Assembly: GCA_964640415.1 (NCBI GenBank)
Contig: CAZXGQ010000002.1
Location: 1,297 to 65,296 of the forward strand
DNA length: 64,000 bases
Source of the DNA: an uncultured Prevotella sp.
Lineage (GTDB): Bacteria > Bacteroidota > Bacteroidia > Bacteroidales > Bacteroidaceae
Direction: 5' to 3'
Shown: piece by piece, positions 54,289 to 64,000 of the stretch
How positions within the stretch are numbered: the first letter of the stretch is position 1
How the letters are laid out: the number at the start of each line of letters is the position of its first letter
The notes under the pieces: model-generated
Seen by the model: the letters and a program-made list of their open reading frames with translations, nothing else
Told to the model about the DNA's origin: nothing
The model's database searches: none
Position numbers and translations under genes: made by a program

Positions 54289-55215
54289 TTACAGTTGGCC
54301 CAAGGCTTCAGGACTCAGCATATGCGAGTTTTTCTTCTTCGCCGGTTTCACCTTGAACTTGTCGAAGCCTTCGCCATACACACCGATGACATTGGTTTCC
54401 GTAACAAACGCCTTGGGGTCTATCTCATTGATAATGCGGAAGATGACGCTGCTCTCCTTGCGCTTGGCCATGATGAAGAGCATCTTCACGTCGCGTCCCG
54501 TATAGAAGCCGTGAGCCTCTATCACCGTGGCGCCACGATGCGGGTAGACGGCTATGCGCGAGGCTATCTCCTTGTACTTGTCGGAAATGATGAAAAACTG
54601 CACACTGCTGTGCCTGATGTTCACCACCTGGTCAATGCAATATGCCGACACAAGCAACACTACATAGCCATAGATTACCTGCTCGAAGTTGTGGAACACC
54701 AGATAAGACGATGAAATGATGACGATGTCGCATATCATTATGACTCTGCCAAGCGAGATGTCACGATATTTGTGCACTATCGACGCCACGATGTCGGTTC
54801 CGCCCGTGGAGCCGTTGAACGCAAGTCCCATGCCTACACCGCTTCCGCAGAAGATGGCTCCTATAAGACTTGCCATAAACGGCTGGTCGGCAAGCAAGTG
54901 AAGAGAGCCCGTGCTACTCCGGGCAAAGGTTGTCAGTGCCGTAAGTACAAACACGGCATAAACGGTCTTGGCACAGAACTTCCAGCCAAGGACCTTCAAC
55001 GCCACAAGCAGCAAGATGGCGTTCATAACGAAATAGGATGTCTGCACGGGAATGCCAATTGCCCAGAAAATGAGGGAGGAAATTCCCGGCACTCCACTCG
55101 CTGTGATGTTGTTGGGCAGGAGAAACATTGTCCAACCTATGCAGTATGCTACCATCGCTACAAATATCATGACGTAGTCCCGCAATTCCGAAATTACTTT
55201 TGCACTGATTTTCAT
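54289..55215 (-). CDS. YitT family membrane protein with C-terminal DUF2179 domain
   Basis: 308 aa with about 5 TM segments and the GGTDI motif. The C-terminal soluble domain has ATVIEAHGFYTG. Confidence 0.85.
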   Translation of the reverse strand: MKISAKVISELRDYVMIFVAMVAYCIGWTMFLLPNNITASGVPGISSLIFWAIGIPVQTSYFVMNAILLLVALKVLGWKFCAKTVYAVFVLTALTTFARSSTGSLHLLADQPFMASLIGAIFCGSGVGMGLAFNGSTGGTDIVASIVHKYRDISLGRVIMICDIVIISSSYLVFHNFEQVIYGYVVLLVSAYCIDQVVNIRHSSVQFFIISDKYKEIASRIAVYPHRGATVIEAHGFYTGRDVKMLFIMAKRKESSVIFRIINEIDPKAFVTETNVIGVYGEGFDKFKVKPAKKKNSHMLSPEALGQL

Positions 55216-55342
55216 TAATTCCTTCTTATAGGTTATTTGTTGGCAAAATTAGTGAAATTTAATCTTATATTAATGTGTTTCCTGGAAATTTATTTTCATT
55301 GAACACGCCTTAGCGTTGTATGTCATCGTCAATGCAAACCGC

Positions 55343-56125
55343 TCAACGGCCGATGACTCCGAAGTGCTTCAAGGCGTTGCTCACGCCGTCATCATCAACA
55401 CTTGTGGTCACATAGTCGGCTACGGCTTTCACCTCCTCGACGGCATTGCCCATAGCCACACCGATGCCTGCCTGCTTGATGATTGGGATGTCGTTGCCGC
55501 CGTCGCCAAACACCATGGTCTCGTCGAGCCTCATGCCCTCGTGCTCCACCATGGCAAGCAGAGCCTTGCCCTTGTCGGCTGAGATGTCGGTGATGTCGGT
55601 GAACGACGGATGCCAACGCGAACACACACAATCGGTTATGCCTTCCATGACCGCCTTCTCCTCTTCGGCATTGAAAAACACGCTTATCTGAAGGATAGGC
55701 TCCTGCATGACCACCTCCATCGGGTCGAAGTCGAAATCGAGGTTCAGCCCCTTCTTGAACTGCAAGGTCAACTCCTCAGAATTGTTCAGCACACCGATGT
55801 GGTCGGTACCTACAACGATGCAAGCCTTATTGAACCTATTGGCGCCATCGATGATTTTCTTCACCGATTCGCTTGATATGCTGTGGCAGTTGAAAGAGGT
55901 CTGCCCCACGATGCACAATGCTCCCGTGGTGGTGATGTAACCGTCGATGAGATGCTCTATCTGACTCAAATTGTTGATAAACAACAAGGGACGGCCTGTT
56001 GATATATATACCTTCACACCGTTGGCCTTGGCCTGTATCAGAGCGTCGACGGTAGACTGCGGTATCCTGTGTGTCTTGAAGCTGACGAGCGTGCCGTCAA
56101 TGTCGAAAAACAAATACTTGACCAT
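55343..56125 (-). CDS. Cof-type HAD-IIB family hydrolase
   Basis: 260 aa with FFDIDGTL, STGR and FGDGGNDIPI motifs. Confidence 0.85.
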   Translation of the reverse strand: MVKYLFFDIDGTLVSFKTHRIPQSTVDALIQAKANGVKVYISTGRPLLFINNLSQIEHLIDGYITTTGALCIVGQTSFNCHSISSESVKKIIDGANRFNKACIVVGTDHIGVLNNSEELTLQFKKGLNLDFDFDPMEVVMQEPILQISVFFNAEEEKAVMEGITDCVCSRWHPSFTDITDISADKGKALLAMVEHEGMRLDETMVFGDGGNDIPIIKQAGIGVAMGNAVEEVKAVADYVTTSVDDDGVSNALKHFGVIGR

Positions 56126-56130
56126 AAAAA

Positions 56131-57300
56131 CTATCTTGTTATAACTACATCCTTGATTGTTCCTTCCTGCGTGCGCACCCGCATCTTGTGGGTCATGCCC
56201 TTTGTCATCGGGAACTGCTGGAACGCCGTGAAAGTCGCAATGGCCTTGCCATCTATAGAGAGAATCACGTCTCCTTGTCTGAGACCTGCCTTGTAGTCAT
56301 CGCTTCCGGGCATGACCACGCCCACCGAGGCTTTGCCGTCGTCAGTTGGTACATAGGCTGTGGTGAAAGGCTTGTTGCTCACCTTCACACTGTCGCCTTC
56401 GTCGTAAGGCTGGAAACGGATATAATGGCGGAAGCCGTTGACTATCACAGAGCCGTAGTTCAACATGGAGGCGCCTATCCTGCTTGAGCCTTGTGTCGTC
56501 ACTGCGCTGACATCAAGAAACGAGAATTCGCTCCACTTCAGACGGTCGAGTTTCAGGAACGCCACTTCTCCGTCACGTTCCGCACCGATGTTGCCAATGG
56601 TGAGTGTGCCTTTCACGCGCGCCTCCACCTGGCCGTTCACGTTCTTGCTCTTGTAAGCGTGCTCGTCAAAGCTCTGCTTGTTCATGGTGTAGAGAATCTT
56701 TGAGCCTGTATCGAAAAGCGCCTCGTCGTAATGGCGCTTGAACGGGCTCACCGTGACGTAAGGCACAAACCATTTCAACTTGTAGTGAAGTGCGAAACCC
56801 GCCTCACCGTCGAAGAAGTCGCGCCTGTCGGCAATGATCATGCGCTTGTTCTTTGTGTCTATCTTGCAGCAAAGTCCCTTGTTGATCAGGTCAAACCCAA
56901 TGATGCCGTCATAGTTTCGCACCATGGAAGACGGGAATACCGACGCCACATAGCCTGTTATGGTCAGCTTGCCAAGCGTTATAGGCGGCAATTGCACCAC
57001 GCCCACGGTGTCTCTTCGTCCGGCTGCATCGCGGCTCACCACGCTTCCCAACGCCTTCAGGCCCACGATGGGAGAATTGGCGTACACGGTGCCCTGACTT
57101 GAACCTGTATCGAGACAGAAGCGGTAGGTGCGGCCGCCTGCTGTAGCCCTGACGAATACCTGGTTGTCTACAACTTCTATTGGGATAGTGTCGGCAAAGT
57201 TGCGCTGCGAGAACGTGAAGTTCGTGCTGTAACCTTGCGTCTGCGCACAGGCCACAACGAACATCAGCAAGGCAACCAAACAAGCTACCGTCTTCTTCAT
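56131..57300 (-). CDS. Secreted retropepsin-like aspartyl protease with C-terminal PDZ domain
   Basis: Start taken at ATG 57300 (MKKTVACLVALLMFVVACA). It has two D-T-G-S motifs (FCLDTGSSQG, LFDTGSKIL) and a PDZ-like tail (GLRQGDVILSIDGK). Confidence 0.7.
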   Translation of the reverse strand: MKKTVACLVALLMFVVACAQTQGYSTNFTFSQRNFADTIPIEVVDNQVFVRATAGGRTYRFCLDTGSSQGTVYANSPIVGLKALGSVVSRDAAGRRDTVGVVQLPPITLGKLTITGYVASVFPSSMVRNYDGIIGFDLINKGLCCKIDTKNKRMIIADRRDFFDGEAGFALHYKLKWFVPYVTVSPFKRHYDEALFDTGSKILYTMNKQSFDEHAYKSKNVNGQVEARVKGTLTIGNIGAERDGEVAFLKLDRLKWSEFSFLDVSAVTTQGSSRIGASMLNYGSVIVNGFRHYIRFQPYDEGDSVKVSNKPFTTAYVPTDDGKASVGVVMPGSDDYKAGLRQGDVILSIDGKAIATFTAFQQFPMTKGMTHKMRVRTQEGTIKDVVITR

Positions 57301-57362
57301 CACCTTCCACCTGTTTATGAGTTTATATGCCATTGAGTGCAGAGCCCGTCAGCTCCGGGGCG

Positions 57363-59093
57363 TCAACGTCCCAACCATGCTTCAGGATTGAGCTTGGCCC
57401 GTTCCTTACGTAGCTGGAACTGCAATATGTGGTCGGGGCCGACGGTGCCGAGAACCTGTCGGGTAGACACTTTCTGGCCTCTGCTCACGCTCGCCGAGCT
57501 CAGATTGGAATATACAGATATGTATGCACCGTGACGAAGCATTACCACCACCGTGCCGGCATAGCTGAGCACAGCGCTCACCTCACCGTCGTAGATGGCA
57601 CACGCCTTGCAGCCATTGCCACCCATGATGTTTATGCCTTTGTTGTCGAGCGTCACGCCCTTCAGTCCGGCTACATTATATTGTCCGAAATGGCTTACTA
57701 CGCGGTATCCGCCCGTTATCGGCATTGGCAGACGTCCCTTGTTGGCCTCAAAGCCGTTGTTCATCATCCTGTCGTAAGACGAGAACCGCTGTTCCTCTTC
57801 CTGGTCTTGCTTGGCCTCGGCTATATCCTTCTTAGCCCTTTCTGCGTCAGCTGCCTGCTTTCTTTCGGCTGCCTCACGCGCAGCCTCAGCCTCACGTGCA
57901 GCCTGTTCCGCAGCGGCTTTCCTTGCCGTTGCCGCAGCTTCCAGCTCTTGGGCCTTGCGCTTTTCTGCGGCCGCAGCAGCTTCACGTGCCTTCCGTGCGT
58001 TCTCCTCAGCCTCGCGGGCTTTCTGTGCCGCTTGTGCCGCGGCAAGCTCGCGCTGCTTGGCCTCGGCTATGCGCCGGGCATTCTCACGTGCCGCAGCTTC
58101 TGCCGCAGCCTTCTTTCTGGCTATCTCAGCCTCGCGACGGGCCTTGGCGGCTGCCATAGCCGCAGCCTGACGGCGGGCCTCAGCCTCAGCACGGGCACGC
58201 ACGCGCGCCACCTCGATCTCAACCTGGCGGTCAATCTCCGCGTTAAGCGCGGCGTCTTTCTTGCGTTGGTCGGCAATGATGCCTTGAATGGTGCTCTGCT
58301 GCTTCTGGAGCCCGTTCACTATCTCCTGCTGCTGGCTCTTGTTTGCCTCAAGCTTGGCATGTTCCTGTTGGCCTTGGTACAGGAGGTTGTTCTTCTGGCC
58401 CTTGACATTCTGCAGCTGGGTATGCTTGGTGGCCACCTGACGCTGCTTGGCCTTCACGGCTTCGCCCTGGGCCCGCTGGTAGTTGGCATACTCGCGCACG
58501 AAACGCAGACGGCGATACATCTGGTAGAGGTTCTTGGCCGAGAAGACGAACATCAGCTTGTCTTGCATGGTGCGGTGCCGCGCCATGTAGCGCATCGACT
58601 TTATGTATTTGCTCTGCCGGTCTTTCAGCTGCGCCTTAAGCGTGTTGAGCTGAGAATTGAGAATGCCTATGTTGGTGTTGATACTGTTGATATCCTTCTC
58701 TATACCTTCGATGTTGTGCTGGCTCTTGTCTATCTCGCCGTTGATCATCATCAGCTCGTTGAGCTTCTTGCTGACATTCTCGCGGTTCTCCTTCAAGGCC
58801 TTTTCCTGTTCCTTGATTTTCTTGCGGATGTCCGCCCTCTGGCTCTGCAACTTCTTTATCGACGCATTGGAATACGTCACCGTAGCGTCTTTCTTCGACT
58901 TCCCGTCAGCGGCTTGCGATTTCTTCGACTTCGCCGTGCCGGCCTTGGCTTTCTTCTTCACGCTCTTGGCCTGTGCCGTGCGGTTGGTCTTCCTTGTCTG
59001 CGTCTGCTTCTTTGTCTGGGCAAAGGCTTGCGACGTTGCCACGACAAAGGCAAGCAATATATAAACTATGTGCCTAAAACAATTGTGCTTCAT
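57363..59093 (-). CDS. EnvC-like murein hydrolase activator: long coiled coil plus degenerate LytM (M23) domain
   Basis: 576 aa with a signal peptide, about 400 aa of coiled coil and a C-terminal LytM fold. The usual HxxxD and HLHFE metal ligands are not present; the sequence reads GINIMGG and HILQFQLRKE. Confidence 0.8.
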   Translation of the reverse strand: MKHNCFRHIVYILLAFVVATSQAFAQTKKQTQTRKTNRTAQAKSVKKKAKAGTAKSKKSQAADGKSKKDATVTYSNASIKKLQSQRADIRKKIKEQEKALKENRENVSKKLNELMMINGEIDKSQHNIEGIEKDINSINTNIGILNSQLNTLKAQLKDRQSKYIKSMRYMARHRTMQDKLMFVFSAKNLYQMYRRLRFVREYANYQRAQGEAVKAKQRQVATKHTQLQNVKGQKNNLLYQGQQEHAKLEANKSQQQEIVNGLQKQQSTIQGIIADQRKKDAALNAEIDRQVEIEVARVRARAEAEARRQAAAMAAAKARREAEIARKKAAAEAAARENARRIAEAKQRELAAAQAAQKAREAEENARKAREAAAAAEKRKAQELEAAATARKAAAEQAAREAEAAREAAERKQAADAERAKKDIAEAKQDQEEEQRFSSYDRMMNNGFEANKGRLPMPITGGYRVVSHFGQYNVAGLKGVTLDNKGINIMGGNGCKACAIYDGEVSAVLSYAGTVVVMLRHGAYISVYSNLSSASVSRGQKVSTRQVLGTVGPDHILQFQLRKERAKLNPEAWLGR

Positions 59094-59996
59094 TTACATG
59101 CTGAATAGTTTGGAGAAAATGTCGGTTGCCTCTATCTTTTTGTACTTCGACGAGAGTGTCGTTTCCGTGCTCCATTTCGACGATGTGGATATATCGTCCA
59201 TGTCAAGGGTCATGGTAACCTTCTGCAGCTTTTTCGCAGCCGAGGTCTGGAACGACAGTTCCTCGAACGACGGAAACATCTTTGCCCCTACCGTCTTGAA
59301 CTTGTCGTATTTCATCGTCAGCACCGACGTGCCGTGCTGTGCCGAGGTGTATGTGGCTTTCACGTCGTTGATGAGTTGTGTCTGCCGTGAGACGTTCCAC
59401 ACAAGGCTAAGGTTCCCGGTTTTCACGCTGACGGGTATTGTTGCCGCCGAACCGCTGAGATCTGCCTTAAACTTGGATATGCTCTCCTCCCCAACGCTTT
59501 TCGTACCTGGCAGGTACAGCTGGTTCCAGAACAAGGCTTGCAGGGCATTGAAATCGAGGCCGTTCACCTTGAGGAAGTCTATTTTCGTGTAGTCTTCCTT
59601 GACATACTGCTTGTGCAGTCGGTCTACCACGAGTACATATTCGGGCGTGAACTCCAACCGTCCCACCTCTGTATGCAGAATTGGCATGAAGAGCTGCAGC
59701 CTTATCATTTGGTCTTTGCGCATGTGCAGGCTTCCCGGCACCGACACGTCCTTGCCTCCCATCGTGGCTGTGAAGTCCAGGTCTGCCACGATGTCTTGCA
59801 CGTCAACTTTCTTGTCGTTAACCTTTTCCACAAAGGCAAAGGTTGATTTCGCCGTGGCATTTTCTGTTTCCTGCACCTTTTGCAAGTTGGACGTTGCGCT
59901 GCCATTATCCTTCACCGCAGCCTTCTTCGCGCCGCACGACGCAAGGAGCAACATGGCAGAGGCAGCTACTATTCCGAGTCTAAATTTCTTCATCAC
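59094..59996 (-). CDS. DUF4292-like lipoprotein
   Basis: 300 aa with lipobox LLLASC. The family assignment comes from its size and the conserved Bacteroidetes dut / TPR / DUF4292 / M23 gene order. It abuts the next gene with no gap. Confidence 0.6.
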   Translation of the reverse strand: MMKKFRLGIVAASAMLLLASCGAKKAAVKDNGSATSNLQKVQETENATAKSTFAFVEKVNDKKVDVQDIVADLDFTATMGGKDVSVPGSLHMRKDQMIRLQLFMPILHTEVGRLEFTPEYVLVVDRLHKQYVKEDYTKIDFLKVNGLDFNALQALFWNQLYLPGTKSVGEESISKFKADLSGSAATIPVSVKTGNLSLVWNVSRQTQLINDVKATYTSAQHGTSVLTMKYDKFKTVGAKMFPSFEELSFQTSAAKKLQKVTMTLDMDDISTSSKWSTETTLSSKYKKIEATDIFSKLFSM

Positions 59997-61765
59997 TTCG
60001 ATTTCTTTCTGTAAAGCCTGATTTTCTTTTCCAACGCCTTGGCGTCACCGCCCAGTTTCACGGCTTTCTCGCAGAATGAGGCGGCACCGTCGTAATCGCC
60101 CAAGGCGGCATAGATGTCGGCCGCATGCTCGTAGAGCGTGTTCGACGCGGTGCTGTCGGAAGAGAATTTCAGCGTTTGGTCAATGTATATCTTGGCGTCG
60201 GCATATCTGCCAAGCTTATATAAAATCCAGGCATAAGTGTCAAGATAGGTGGCATTCTTCGGCTCTGCGGCAATGACCTTGGCACTCATCTTCTCGGCCT
60301 TGTCGAGTTCGACGCCGTCGACGCTAAGGAAATAGGCGTAGTTGTTGAGCGTTCCCAGATTGTTGGGATCGTATTGCAGGCAATTGTCGTAAGCGGCATA
60401 AGCCTCTTTCTTCATGCCTTTGGCAGAGTAGATTTCGCCCATGACGGAGTATATCTCCGACACTATCGCCGTGTTGCTCTGGTCGTTGATAAACGCCGTG
60501 CCTTTCTGCAGGGCATCGAGTGCGCCGTTGTCGTCTTTGAGATAAAAGCGCGACAGGCCAGTGAAGAAATAGAACGGCAGGAATTCGGGATTGTAGAGCA
60601 TTCCCGGCTCACTGAGCGCGGCTATCGCATTCCAGTCCTGCGACGACCACTTGTCCTGTATGAGCTGCAACCGTGCCCCGGCATTGTCGGGCTGCAGGTT
60701 AATCAGCTGCACAAGGGCATTGTCGACAGAGTCCTTTGGGAAATTCTTCATGCTGTAATATGCGGCCTTGAGCTGGGCCACGGTAGTGTCGCGCGGCACC
60801 ACGGCCTGCACCTTTCTGAAGAGCTCGACCACATTGGTGGAGTCGCCGCCGGTCTTATCGTTGTCCTGTATGGCGTTGCGCAGAAACTGCACACGTGTCT
60901 CCTGCGGTGTCTCCTTGCCAAAGAGCAGGCGGCTCATCATGTCCTTGGCCAGCGAGTCCTGTCCCGTGCCGTTGTAATAGTCGTAGAGACAGCTCTGTGC
61001 CATGGCGTTGTCGGGTTCGCTCTTCAGCACTCCTGTATATATGCCGTAGGCTTCCTGCTGCCGGTTGTGCTGCATGAGCCAGTTGCCGAGCATGAGCTTG
61101 AAGTTGGGGTCGTTGGGATGTGAGTCTGCCAACGTCTTCAAGGTATTGTAAGCTCCCTTGTCGTCACCCTTCATCTCGTAGGCGTTCATGCGCATCATTG
61201 AGAGCTGGTCGCTCTCTCCGTCCAACTCCTCAAGGCGCTTGATGGCATCCAGCATCTTGTCGTATTGTTTCTGCCGGCTATACAGCTGCACCAATACGGC
61301 CACCACGTCGTCGCGGTCGCGATGCTCCTGATACAGTTTCTCGTAGGTTTCTATCGCTTTGTCGAAATAGCCCATGCCGAGACACATCTGGGCGAGCCGT
61401 TCCTGATAGGTGTCGTTGTTTGGCTCCAGTGCCGCCGCAGCCTGCAGGTCGCGCAGTGCGAGCCGGGCACTGTCCTTGTCGGCGTTGAAGTCAGCACGCA
61501 AGAAACGGGCAGCCGCCGAGCGCGGGTTTATCTGCAGGCAAGAGTCGAGAAGCATCATCGAGGAGTCGGCGTTGCCTTTCTCCCGCTGCCGCAGTGCCGA
61601 GAGGAAACGCTCCCCGAAGAGGCTGTCCTGCTCATAGGTCAGCGTGTCGGGACCGCCTGCCGCCTTCGGGCTCTTGTTCCCGTGCACCGACGACACCGCT
61701 GCCACATGGCAGAGTGCCGCCGCCACAACGGCGACGAGGATGTGTAAGCCGCGTTTTCTCATCAT
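59993..61765 (-). CDS. Tetratricopeptide repeat protein
   Basis: 590 aa with a signal peptide and many TPR-like A/L/Y-rich 34-aa units. It has 4-nt overlaps with both neighbours. Confidence 0.8.
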   Translation of the reverse strand: MMRKRGLHILVAVVAAALCHVAAVSSVHGNKSPKAAGGPDTLTYEQDSLFGERFLSALRQREKGNADSSMMLLDSCLQINPRSAAARFLRADFNADKDSARLALRDLQAAAALEPNNDTYQERLAQMCLGMGYFDKAIETYEKLYQEHRDRDDVVAVLVQLYSRQKQYDKMLDAIKRLEELDGESDQLSMMRMNAYEMKGDDKGAYNTLKTLADSHPNDPNFKLMLGNWLMQHNRQQEAYGIYTGVLKSEPDNAMAQSCLYDYYNGTGQDSLAKDMMSRLLFGKETPQETRVQFLRNAIQDNDKTGGDSTNVVELFRKVQAVVPRDTTVAQLKAAYYSMKNFPKDSVDNALVQLINLQPDNAGARLQLIQDKWSSQDWNAIAALSEPGMLYNPEFLPFYFFTGLSRFYLKDDNGALDALQKGTAFINDQSNTAIVSEIYSVMGEIYSAKGMKKEAYAAYDNCLQYDPNNLGTLNNYAYFLSVDGVELDKAEKMSAKVIAAEPKNATYLDTYAWILYKLGRYADAKIYIDQTLKFSSDSTASNTLYEHAADIYAALGDYDGAASFCEKAVKLGGDAKALEKKIRLYRKKSK

Positions 61766-62199
61766 TTCACTCCTGTATGACCGTAACCGCCTTCGCCTCG
61801 CTCAGTCTCGTCGAGCACTTCCACTTCTTCCCAAGCAACCGTCTCATGCCGCGCTATAATCATCTGCGCCACACGCTCGCCGGCGTTGACCACGAAGTCT
61901 TGGTTTGAGAGATTGACGAGCAGCACCTTCAACTCGCCGCGGTAGTCGGAGTCGATAGTGCCGGGGCTATTGAGCACGGTGATGCCGTGCTTCAGCGCGA
62001 GCCCGCTGCGGGGACGCACCTGGGCTTCGTAGCCCTGGGGCAGCTCAATGCGCAAACCTGTGGGCACAAGGCAACGCTCCATGGGACGGAGCGTGATGGG
62101 CGACTCTATGTTGGCACGGAGATCCATTCCCGCGCTCTGACTTGTGGCATAAGCCGGAAGAGGCTGACAGCCAGTGTTTACAACTTTCACTTTCACCAT
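61762..62199 (-). CDS. dut: dUTP diphosphatase
   Basis: 145 aa with [29 protein letters not shown] and [10 protein letters not shown] motifs. Confidence 0.95.
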   Translation of the reverse strand: MVKVKVVNTGCQPLPAYATSQSAGMDLRANIESPITLRPMERCLVPTGLRIELPQGYEAQVRPRSGLALKHGITVLNSPGTIDSDYRGELKVLLVNLSNQDFVVNAGERVAQMIIARHETVAWEEVEVLDETERGEGGYGHTGVK

Positions 62200-62326
62200 A
62201 ATAATGCAAAATTACGCAATTCCGCACATATAATTTAATTTTATTTATTAAAAAGACGAAAACCCACAAAATAAGCGTAACTTTGCCGGAAAGCATAAGG
62301 AGCAAAAAAGTATGGGAGCAACTTCA

Positions 62327-63664
62327 ATGAACTGGCAACAACTCATAAGCAACAAGCGTTTCGGACAGGAGGAGCGGCATCAGCTCCGCCACGACGACCG
62401 CTCTGAATTCAAGCGCGACGGCGATCGCCTCATCTATTCGGCACCTTTCCGCCGCCTGCAAAACAAGACGCAGGTGTTCCCGCTGCCCGGAAGCATCTTC
62501 GTGCACAACCGCCTCACCCACTCCATCGAGGTGTCGTCGCTCGGCAAGAGCCTTGGCGACGACGTGGCGCGACGGCTTACCGACAAGCATCCGGAACTGA
62601 GGAACACGCTGTTCGAGGAGATCGGCACCATAGTGCAGACTGCAGGACTTGCCCACGACCTGGGCAACCCGCCTTTCGGCCACTCTGGCGAGAAGGCTAT
62701 CCAGACGTTCTTCACCGAGGACAGCGGCAAGGCGCTGGAAAGCCTGGTGTCGGCTTCGTTCTGGAACGACATAACCCATTTCGAGGGCAACGCCAACGCC
62801 TTCAGGCTGCTCACCCATCAGTTTCTGGGCAGAAGGCGTGGCGGATTTGTCATGACCTACTCCACGCTGGCCTCTGTGGTAAAGTATCCGCGTGCAAGCT
62901 GCCTCGCCGGAGGGCACGGCAAGTTCGGCTTCTTCACCTCCGAGATTTCCTCTTACGAGAAGATAGCCAACGAGCTGGGCATCAAACGGTTGTCGGCACC
63001 GGGCGAGCCACTGCTGTATGCCCGTCACCCGCTGGTCTACCTCATGGAGGCGGCCGATGACATCTGCTACGAGATAATGGACATTGAGGATTCTCACAAG
63101 CTCCGCATCCTCTCTTTCGAGGAGACACGCGACCTGCTCCTCGGTTTCTTCGACGAGGAGAACAGAAAAGGCATTATGCAAAGGCTTGCCGACGACGGCG
63201 TGACCGACGAGAACGAGCAAGTGGTGTATTTCAGGGCTTGCGCAGTGGGCAAGTTGGAACATGAGTGTGTGGAGGCATTTGTAGCCAACGAGGACAAGAT
63301 CCTGGACGGCACGTTCACGGGAAGCCTCATCGACCACGTGGCCGAGCCGCAACGCGAGGCTTACCAACGGTGCGTGAAGACGTCGTTCAAGAAGATCTAC
63401 CACTCCAAGCCCGTACTCGACATCGAGCTTAGCGGTTACAAGATAATGGACACGCTCATGCGCACATTCATCGATGCGGCGGCGCATCCCGAGAGGTTCC
63501 ATTCGCAGCAGCTCATCAACCGCTTCTCTTCACAATATGACATCCACAGCGACAACCTCGAGACACGCATCATGGCGGTACTCGACTACATTAGCGGCAT
63601 GACCGATGTCTATGCACTCGATATCTATCAGAAGATAAGCGGCATAGCTCTGCCGATAGTGTAA
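62327..63664 (+). CDS. dgt: dGTPase-like deoxynucleoside triphosphate triphosphohydrolase (HD domain)
   Basis: Start taken at ATG 62327 (MNWQQLIS..). It has FRRLQNKTQVF, RLTHSIEV and AHDLGNPPFGH motifs. Confidence 0.9.
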   Translation: MNWQQLISNKRFGQEERHQLRHDDRSEFKRDGDRLIYSAPFRRLQNKTQVFPLPGSIFVHNRLTHSIEVSSLGKSLGDDVARRLTDKHPELRNTLFEEIGTIVQTAGLAHDLGNPPFGHSGEKAIQTFFTEDSGKALESLVSASFWNDITHFEGNANAFRLLTHQFLGRRRGGFVMTYSTLASVVKYPRASCLAGGHGKFGFFTSEISSYEKIANELGIKRLSAPGEPLLYARHPLVYLMEAADDICYEIMDIEDSHKLRILSFEETRDLLLGFFDEENRKGIMQRLADDGVTDENEQVVYFRACAVGKLEHECVEAFVANEDKILDGTFTGSLIDHVAEPQREAYQRCVKTSFKKIYHSKPVLDIELSGYKIMDTLMRTFIDAAAHPERFHSQQLINRFSSQYDIHSDNLETRIMAVLDYISGMTDVYALDIYQKISGIALPIV

Positions 63665-63684
63665 CACAAAATGCCAACAAACAG

Positions 63685-64000
63685 TGTGGACGCAGAACAC
63701 CCACATCAGCACAGGGCGTCTTTGAGAGAGTATTGAAAAAATTCAACAAAAGGCTCTCTGAAAATCGATTTTTCTGAAAAACATTTCCTCTCGTGCGCAT
63801 TTGAGCGATTTATGCACAGATTTCATAACATCTTAACATACAGGCAGTTATGTTTTTCACGGTCTAAAACATGGCATAAAATTGGGCTCTTGAATCGGCT
63901 TTACGTTAGAATCGCGTCGCCTTTACGTTAGAATCGCGTCGCCTTTACGTTAGAATCGCAACGCGATTGTGCTACTATCGCAACCCGATTTCATGGTTTT
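63685..64000 (+). repeat. Copy C of the unclassified structured intergenic repeat family (cut by the window end)
   Basis: Begins about 20-25 nt after the dgt stop codon; the left boundary is fuzzy. It has 3 x 22-bp units at 63900-63965 and a hairpin at 63824-63852. The sequence ends inside the CCGATTTCA hairpin arm. Confidence 0.8.

Overview
This is a Bacteroidota chromosomal segment, probably Prevotella/Bacteroidales-like. That assignment rests on the SusC/SusD loci, T9SS C-terminal sorting domains and TAnnTTTG -7 boxes. Most genes lie on the minus strand.

Gene content, left to right:
- A secreted DUF1566-type protein (truncated by the window edge) and a small T9SS cargo gene.
- comM, followed by a decayed low-GC islet and a displaced relic of a comM 3-prime end.
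- A TlpA-like lipoprotein, a TPR lipoprotein, tRNA-Leu and an SF1 helicase.
- A 12-kb minus-strand peptidoglycan/MurNAc scavenging locus: large amidase, metallophosphoesterase-propeller fusion, GT2, ampG, namZ, murT-like, murK, murQ. A SusD-like gene with no SusC partner sits at its head.
- tRNA-Val and an Rpn-family nuclease.
- A GH53 galactanase and a starch PUL (susC, susD, SusE-like, SusF-like), with a divergent T9SS-secreted GH13 amylase.
- tRNA-Phe and tRNA-Pro, a DUF4252 protein and a ComEA-like HhH protein.
- Two tandem SNF transporters, a CYTH protein, and a low-GC YhcG nuclease islet.
- prfB, an acyl-CoA ligase, an M20 hydrolase, split chrA, purL, and OmpA-like, YitT, Cof and aspartyl-protease/PDZ genes.
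- The dut / TPR / DUF4292 / EnvC-like operon, then dgt.

The most unusual signal is an intergenic repeat family of about 0.4-0.5 kb that I cannot classify. There are three well-preserved copies (23191-23610 minus; 47206-47729 plus; about 63685 to the window end, plus), a degenerate copy at 53041-53160, and one solo unit near 7102. Each good copy carries three exactly phased 22-bp tandem units. The first 16 nt of those units are identical in all nine, and the array is followed by hairpins that show compensatory base changes between copies. No CRISPR array, rRNA, intact IS or obvious defence operon was seen.
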